Below are positions 57,942 to 64,000 of a stretch of DNA of 64,000 bases, piece by piece. Numbering within the stretch: position 1 is the stretch's first letter; each line of letters starts with the position of its first letter. The stretch lies in NCBI GenBank assembly GCA_965661685.1, contig CBFIET010000171.1, positions 12,584 to 76,583 of the forward strand, read 5' to 3'. Under the pieces are notes generated by a model. The model was not told the origin of the DNA. It was given only the letters and a program-made list of their open reading frames with translations, and ran no database searches. Source of the stretch: Planctomycetota bacterium. GTDB lineage: Bacteria > Planctomycetota > UBA8108 > UBA1146. A program made the translations under genes and the position numbers.

Positions 57942-59017
57942 ATGTCGCAATCTGCCGGTGCACCCTTGACGTGAATCCTCGATGTAAGTGAGTTGCTTGA
58001 TTCGATCAGTTCCACCCCATCTGGCACGATCCAATCTTCACCACGGATTCTTGCCGACGACAGTGCGAATGCACTTTTCAAGGCGAGCAAACGAGCATCT
58101 GCATCCTGAGCATGGGCCACAGCCCCCGAAAGGCTTGGCAAGAGCATCCTGCAAACGACGGCGTAGAAGGGGATATCTTGCTCGAGTCTCTGGAGGTTGA
58201 CGGGATCGGCTGGATCCAGACTGAAGGGAACTTGCAGATCGAGATAACACTGCAGGTCAAATACGCTTGACCATGGATCGACTCCATTCACATCCAGATC
58301 AAGCGCCATCAAGGTCTCCATCTGTAGTGCCCTGGCGAGCCCCTCCAGGGGTGTCTCGATTCGAGCCAGTGCCTCGACTGCCCTGTCATGGAAAAGTGGA
58401 TTCTCGGAGGAGAGAAACTCGTTTGCCCTTTCCATCAACTGCTCGAGAAGCGCGAGACGTAACAATTGCTGGACGAGGAGTCCACCCGATTGGAGTGATT
58501 CGGCAAGTTCCACTCCCATCAACCATCGCTCTTGATCCGATATTCGCCGTGCCGGTGAATCCAGGTCGCTGGAAGCAGCCCCGGAATTACAGCAATTTCC
58601 GATCAGTCCAAATAACTCTTTCCTCCAGATGGGAACAATGGTCTCGAAATCGACTGACTCCGGTACCAGGGGAGCCCCCGATTGTCGTACGAGCGACAGG
58701 AAATTCATCAGTTGATCGTCGGAAAGCAGGACATTCTTGAATTCGATGGGACCCAGTTCCTTGAGAAGCATCGGATCATGGAGTTCAAAAAGACCAGCAT
58801 CGCGCTGGGTAATCGAGGTCTTCCACAGTTCCGCTGCGGTATCGACTCCAAGTTGAAGTCGATACTCGTCGATTCTCCTGGCATTGGACTCACCCACCGC
58901 GTACATGAACAGCCCCAGGCAACCGACCAGGATCACCGTGAGAGATAGCAGGGCCAGTAGATTTCGAAACCAGCGGCTATGGAAGATCGATGATGACTGC
59001 GGATCGCTACTGGTCAT
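57926..59017 (-). CDS. Hypothetical single-pass membrane protein
   Basis: 363-aa ORF with an N-terminal TM helix and a helical body. No family recognised. Confidence 0.6.
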   Translation of the reverse strand: MTSSDPQSSSIFHSRWFRNLLALLSLTVILVGCLGLFMYAVGESNARRIDEYRLQLGVDTAAELWKTSITQRDAGLFELHDPMLLKELGPIEFKNVLLSDDQLMNFLSLVRQSGAPLVPESVDFETIVPIWRKELFGLIGNCCNSGAASSDLDSPARRISDQERWLMGVELAESLQSGGLLVQQLLRLALLEQLMERANEFLSSENPLFHDRAVEALARIETPLEGLARALQMETLMALDLDVNGVDPWSSVFDLQCYLDLQVPFSLDPADPVNLQRLEQDIPFYAVVCRMLLPSLSGAVAHAQDADARLLALKSAFALSSARIRGEDWIVPDGVELIESSNSLTSRIHVKGAPADCDIYMPR

Positions 59018-59164
59018 CGCTTTCTTCGCACCTTCCTCAACGCCAGGGTGGATGCCGGCTCACTTCTCCAGCAACGCTTCCTGACTTCATGACGACGACC
59101 GCTGCAGGAGCGACGACCGTGAAACCAGACAGATTGAACTTCTCGCCTCGCCTCTGGAATCCGT

Positions 59165-59863
59165 TCAACCGAAAATTCTCGAGCAGGATGGACAGTTCAC
59201 CACCCCTTGACCCGACTGCGCTCTCTCTCGTATCTGAGAGCTGACATTGAGGTGACACCCACCGCAGGTGTCTCCATCGAGCGTGACCACGACAGTGGCG
59301 CCAATGGAGGGATAGAGCCGATCAAACACTTCCAGCAGTTCCGGATCTGTCTCTTCTCGAGCAGCATTCAGTGGCTGCTGCAGGTTCGATAGTTCCTGGC
59401 GATATTCGCTGGTGCTGTCAGCGATCTCCTTGGCAATTTCTTCCAGCTGCTCCTCGGAGTGAACAATCCGCTGATTCCCGTCTTCTTGCTGGGCGCGAAT
59501 CTCATCCAGCTTCTCCATCACCAGCATGACACTTTCCTCGACCCCTGACTTCTCCTCCTCGAACCGAGCCAGTTGATCCTTCAGACCGGTGAACTCGGAG
59601 GCCTGAGTGGCAGCGTCCAGTTGTTGCTGAGTCTTCTCGATCTTTTGCACCACCTCTGCCACATCGATCTCAAGTTTCTTGGCAATCGCAGATCCCTGTG
59701 CCAGCCGATCAGCGAGGGGAGAGAACTCCGCCTTCAACTTTGCCAGTTCGGTTTCAGCAGTCCTGAGCCGAACCTCTCGTTTCTCGATCTCCAGCTGATA
59801 AAGGGAGATCTTCCCCTGGAGGTGTTGCACTTTCTTGAGTAGATCGATCGCTTCCAAACTCAC
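59165..59863 (-). CDS. Coiled-coil protein with C4 zinc ribbon (DUF164/CT398-like)
   Basis: Long heptad region, then CGGCHL...CPSCSRI. GTG start beside AGGAGG. Confidence 0.88.
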   Translation of the reverse strand: MSLEAIDLLKKVQHLQGKISLYQLEIEKREVRLRTAETELAKLKAEFSPLADRLAQGSAIAKKLEIDVAEVVQKIEKTQQQLDAATQASEFTGLKDQLARFEEEKSGVEESVMLVMEKLDEIRAQQEDGNQRIVHSEEQLEEIAKEIADSTSEYRQELSNLQQPLNAAREETDPELLEVFDRLYPSIGATVVVTLDGDTCGGCHLNVSSQIRERAQSGQGVVNCPSCSRIFG

Positions 59864-59961
59864 CTCCTGATTGGCGACGGACTGGTAACCAGATCGCCAC
59901 GCCGGTCCGGCACCACCCACCGAAGATCTTAGCCGCAAGAAAGCACTTCTACCACAGAAGA

Positions 59962-59991
59962 GGCCCCATGACGATTCTCCGTCATGGGGCC
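59962..59991 (-). terminator. Stem-loop downstream of rpoD (probable terminator or processing stem)
   Basis: GGCCCCATGACG-ATTCTC-CGTCATGGGGCC forms a perfect 12-bp stem. The U-tract is weak. Confidence 0.6.
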
Positions 59992-60024
59992 CTTGAAATC
60001 CTTGTAATCCTGTCAGTCGGGAAA

Positions 60025-61854
60025 TCACTCGTCGAGGAAGCCCTCGAGATGACGAGAACGGATCGGATGCTGGAGTTTCTTGACCGCTTTCGCTTCGATC
60101 TGGCGAACCCGCTCCCGGGTCACCTTGAAGATCTTGCCCACCTCTTCGAGGGTGTATGTGTAGCCGTCCTCCAGGCCGTAGCGGAGTTTGATGATTTCGC
60201 GCTCCCGGTAGGTCAACGTCTTCAAGACGTCCTTCAGTCTGTCCTTGAGCATCTCATGAGTTGCCGTGTGGATTGGCGACTCGACCGACTGGTCCTCGAT
60301 GAAATCTCCGAAGAAGCCATCATCGGAATCCCCGATGGGCCGGTCGAGTGAGATGGGATGCTTGGATATCTTCAAGACCTTTCGGACCTCCTCCTCGGGA
60401 AGGTCCAGTTCCACGGCAATCTCCTTCATGCTCGGTTCGTAGCCCAGTTTCTGCATCAATTTCTTGGTGGCATTACGAACCTTGCTCATCGTCTCGATCA
60501 TGTGAACCGGAATACGAATCGTTCGAGCCTGATCCGCGATCGATCGAGTGATCGCCTGACGAATCCACCAGGTGGCATAGGTGGAGAACTTGTAGCCTCT
60601 TCGGTACTCGTACTTTTCCACCGCCTTCATCAAGCCGGTGTTTCCTTCCTGGATCAAATCGAGGAAGGAGAGTCCACGATTCCTGTACCGCTTGGCGATG
60701 GAGACGACCAGGCGCAGGTTACCAGCGGAGAGTTTTCGCTTGGCGATCTCGTAACGGTTGAAGTGCTTGTTCATCCCGAATACGCGCTCGGCGAAAGGAA
60801 CTCCTGCTTCCATGACGAACTTCTCGATCTCCCGGATGTTGGACTGCTCCAGCTCAACGAGATCGTTGTCCCCCTTGCGCTTGCCCTTGCGCTTGCCGAT
60901 GATCTCGATCCGCCGCTCCGACTGGACAACTTTGTGACGCTGACTTCGCATCGCATCACGCAGGTTGTCGAGGATCTCGCGCTTGAACACCAGTTCACCG
61001 AGCAAGATGCCGATCTTGATCGCCTTGGCCAGGACCTTTTCCTGGATCTTTTCCTTGTACCGATCCGATAGTTTCTTGGAATTGAGCTTCTTCTTATCAG
61101 CGAGATTGATCTGGTACAGGCGCTCGATGGTTGCGAGATTCTGACTCATCCGCTGCATCATGTCTTCACGACTCGGTTCCCCACTGGACGGAGTCAACTT
61201 GATGACCTTGTCGATCGATTGATCTCCGCAGAGGACTTCCTGACACAATCGAATCATCTGCTGCTGACAATACCCCGACGAATAGATGGAAGTACGATAT
61301 TGATCTCGACAGGTTTCGATCGTCTTGGCCAGTAGCAGTTCCTCTGCCCTGGTCAGCAGTGGTATCTCACCCATCTGGGTGAGATACATCCGAACAGGAT
61401 CGTCGATTTTCTCGACGGTGACTTCGTTCTCATCCGGAAGTTCATCGATCTTCACCGGATCATCGGTGACCTCGATGTCGTACTTCTCGAGTAGATCATA
61501 GACCTGATCAATTCGTTCCGGTGTGTTGCACTCGGCAGGGAAGCACCTGTTGAACTGCTCGAAGGTTACATGCCCCTGAGCGGCACCAACCTCGACGAGA
61601 CGCTCAAGTCCCTGCTCCATGGTGAGCGGTTCCTGTTTACGATCGCGCGAAGCACTACGCGCGGTGGCGATCCTGGGGATCTCTTCCACCGGATGCTGAG
61701 GTTCACCATCGTCGATCGGTTCCAATTCGACCGCAGGCCCATCCCCGTCGCCGAGGCTGGGGAGATCATCCACCGCCTCTTCCGTTTCCTCCTCGGGATC
61801 GGCGATGCCGATCTCGACCTCCTCGTCACCCTGAAACTTCTCTTCTCCGGTCAT
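60025..61854 (-). CDS. rpoD: Primary RNA polymerase sigma factor
   Basis: Region 1.1, [45 protein letters not shown] and [20 protein letters not shown]. Downstream of dnaG. Confidence 0.96.
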   Translation of the reverse strand: MTGEEKFQGDEEVEIGIADPEEETEEAVDDLPSLGDGDGPAVELEPIDDGEPQHPVEEIPRIATARSASRDRKQEPLTMEQGLERLVEVGAAQGHVTFEQFNRCFPAECNTPERIDQVYDLLEKYDIEVTDDPVKIDELPDENEVTVEKIDDPVRMYLTQMGEIPLLTRAEELLLAKTIETCRDQYRTSIYSSGYCQQQMIRLCQEVLCGDQSIDKVIKLTPSSGEPSREDMMQRMSQNLATIERLYQINLADKKKLNSKKLSDRYKEKIQEKVLAKAIKIGILLGELVFKREILDNLRDAMRSQRHKVVQSERRIEIIGKRKGKRKGDNDLVELEQSNIREIEKFVMEAGVPFAERVFGMNKHFNRYEIAKRKLSAGNLRLVVSIAKRYRNRGLSFLDLIQEGNTGLMKAVEKYEYRRGYKFSTYATWWIRQAITRSIADQARTIRIPVHMIETMSKVRNATKKLMQKLGYEPSMKEIAVELDLPEEEVRKVLKISKHPISLDRPIGDSDDGFFGDFIEDQSVESPIHTATHEMLKDRLKDVLKTLTYREREIIKLRYGLEDGYTYTLEEVGKIFKVTRERVRQIEAKAVKKLQHPIRSRHLEGFLDE

Positions 61855-61968
61855 TTCTACCTCACAATAGATCGACTTCTCGAACGCCTCTGCGAGTGGT
61901 TCACCGCAGGACAGATCGGCTGATTTCAATTTGGACTCCCAATCGGAAAACCCGGTTGAGATGTGGGA

Positions 61969-63819
61969 CTATTTTCTCTCTCCTACAAACTTATTGATTA
62001 TTTGACCCAATTCCGAAAGATTATGAAAAGAATCTGGTTCTTCTCGCATTCGTTGTATTGTTTTGTTAATGCCAATGATGTCAGAGGGGGACCGCTTCCC
62101 CTGACCATCGGGAACAATCAGTCCCCGCAGTCGATCGATGACCAGGTCGATGGTCAGTTGAAATCTGAGTTCCGGACGATCCTCGACCACCGTCACCTGA
62201 TCCTCTCGATCGACTCGCTCCTTCAGGTCGAGGAGCAGCGACTTCTCCGCCTCTTCACCGATGTGTACCGGGTCTGGAATCTCCCCCAGTTGTTCGATGC
62301 GGCGGGCCAGAGCCCGGTGGACCGGCTGGCTCCAACGTACATGAGGACGCAACTGGAAGAGCAGATCCATCTGCTTAGGATCGCGGATCAGCGTCACCAG
62401 GATCGCTTCCTCGTCATCGGGCAAGTTACCGACAACCTCGTTCTCCTCCGCCAGTCTGGTCAGGCGAGAGACACTCCCTCGAGCTGGATGTTGATCCCGA
62501 ATTCGCTGGTGCTCTCGAAGAATCATGTGTTCGCCGTGACCGGTCAATCGGGCCACCATGGTGGCGGCGCGCTCCAGGGCAATCCCCTCGTAGGGGCTCA
62601 GTACCACGCTGGAAACCGCTTCCATCACCTGCTGAGCGCTGGAGGCTCCGCTGCCAGGATGCTCTTTCTGGATCTGTTTGACGATAAATTCGATCGGATC
62701 AACTCCCGACTCCAGCACCCTCTCGAATTCCTGAGCCCCGTCACCGCTCGAGAGAAGATCGCACGGATCCACTCCGTCCTCGAGGATGACGACCCGGACC
62801 TCCAGGCGGGTTCCAAGAAATCTCTCACAGGCCTTTCTGGCAGCCATCTGCCCCGGCGCATCGCCGTCGAAGATCAGATCCACCGAGTTGACGATCTTGC
62901 TCAGTTCGGCCACATGCTCGGCGGTGAATGCGGTGCCGAGGGAAGCCACGGCCATCTCGAAGCCGCTCTGGTGAGCCATGATCACATCGGTGTATCCCTC
63001 GCAAAGGATCACCCTTCTCGATCGGCTGATGGCGAGCCGACCCTCTCGACGACCGAACAGCACCTGCTTCTTGTGGAAGACTGTCGATTCTGGTGAGTTG
63101 ATGTACTTCGGTGGACTTTCTCCACCGACCACCGAAACCGATGCCAGATCCCTTCCCCCGAAGGCAACTACTCGACCACGCTTGTGCTCGAGGATGGGAA
63201 ACATCACGCGATCGCGAAATGCATCGTAATAGCGACCCGCTTCCTTCTCCTTGAGCAGTCCAAGACGACAGGCACGTTGCCGTAGCTCATGCGATTCCCC
63301 ACCAAGACGTGCAAGGTCATCATCGAGATGACTCCAACCGGCAGGGGCGTAGCCGATCCGAAAAGCTCGGATCGTTTCCTCGGTGAATCCTCGCGAGAAC
63401 AGATACTCCCGCGCGCCGCTACCCGACTCTGACCACAACTGCCTCTCGAACCAGCGAGCAGCTCGATCGAGCAGGTCATGGTCCTTCGAATTTTCTTCCC
63501 TACGATCCTTGTCAGGCCTGTACGCCGTGATCTCGATTCCGACCCGATCGGCCAGTTTCTGCTTCGCATCAGGAAACTCGATGCCCTCGATCTTCTGGAT
63601 GAAACTGAACACATCTCCATGTTCCCCACAGGACCAGCAACGATATGTCTGGCGCTGAGGATTCACATCCATCGACGGGTTCTGATCGGGGTGAAAGGGG
63701 CACAATCCCTTGAAGACGTTGCCTCGGCGCACCAGATCGACATACTCCGGCACCACATCCTCGATCGGATTGGCGTCGCGAATTCGTTCCAGTTCATCCG
63801 AGACGGAGATCCCCGACAT
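61969..63819 (-). CDS. dnaG: DNA primase
   Basis: GLCPFH...C.SCG zinc finger, FRDRVMFPI, FGGR, PKYINSPES, EGYTDV, SLGTA and FDGD.PG. Confidence 0.96.
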   Translation of the reverse strand: MSGISVSDELERIRDANPIEDVVPEYVDLVRRGNVFKGLCPFHPDQNPSMDVNPQRQTYRCWSCGEHGDVFSFIQKIEGIEFPDAKQKLADRVGIEITAYRPDKDRREENSKDHDLLDRAARWFERQLWSESGSGAREYLFSRGFTEETIRAFRIGYAPAGWSHLDDDLARLGGESHELRQRACRLGLLKEKEAGRYYDAFRDRVMFPILEHKRGRVVAFGGRDLASVSVVGGESPPKYINSPESTVFHKKQVLFGRREGRLAISRSRRVILCEGYTDVIMAHQSGFEMAVASLGTAFTAEHVAELSKIVNSVDLIFDGDAPGQMAARKACERFLGTRLEVRVVILEDGVDPCDLLSSGDGAQEFERVLESGVDPIEFIVKQIQKEHPGSGASSAQQVMEAVSSVVLSPYEGIALERAATMVARLTGHGEHMILREHQRIRDQHPARGSVSRLTRLAEENEVVGNLPDDEEAILVTLIRDPKQMDLLFQLRPHVRWSQPVHRALARRIEQLGEIPDPVHIGEEAEKSLLLDLKERVDREDQVTVVEDRPELRFQLTIDLVIDRLRGLIVPDGQGKRSPSDIIGINKTIQRMREEPDSFHNLSELGQIINKFVGERK

Positions 63820-64000
63820 CTTCTTCCTTCCATCATGAAGTCCTCGACGAGGATCCACATGACACCTGATACCTGGTCGGCGAATACGCAGATCGAGACA
63901 TCCATCGACATCATCGCCAACAAGTTCGAATTGGATCTGGAAAAAACACCTGAAAGCCGTCTACGGCGGTGTCAGTTGCGCGGGGCGTGCCTGTGGGATA

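Noticed and set aside
63663-63923. 86-aa minus-strand ORF at the window end
   Set aside because: It overlaps the dnaG start out of frame and has no recognisable motif.

Overview
A GC-rich (roughly 60% by eye) bacterial core-genome segment, most consistent with a Planctomycetota lineage. That assignment is an inference from the ctsR-less mcsA-mcsB-clpC operon, the Cys-insert LepB, the dockerin-tailed CRTAC1 protein and the alpha/alpha-barrel lipoproteins. It holds about 55 CDS: folC, mcsA-mcsB-clpC, nusA-infB-rbfA, a diguanylate cyclase, bamA, mutS2, a complete birA/methylmalonyl-CoA mutase/epimerase/propionyl-CoA carboxylase cluster, an ABC exporter module appended to dnaX-ybaB-recR, tadA, scpB, galE, rph, rdgB-lepA-lepB-lptB and dnaG-rpoD. 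RNA genes are three tRNAs, SRP RNA and RNase P RNA. I found no CRISPR array, integrase or transposase. The most unusual items are: a GalE fused to a MshEN-like (c-di-GMP-binding type) module; an EndoIII/HhH-like domain fused to a long histone-H1-like lysine repeat tail; a ~430-nt densely base-paired leader in front of nusA; a pseudo-receiver/degenerate-GGDEF protein; a secreted 10xCxxC protein coupled to the ABC exporter; and a vitamin-K-carboxylase-like protein beside a Ca-binding-type exoprotein. All calls come from motif recognition by eye; no searches were run.
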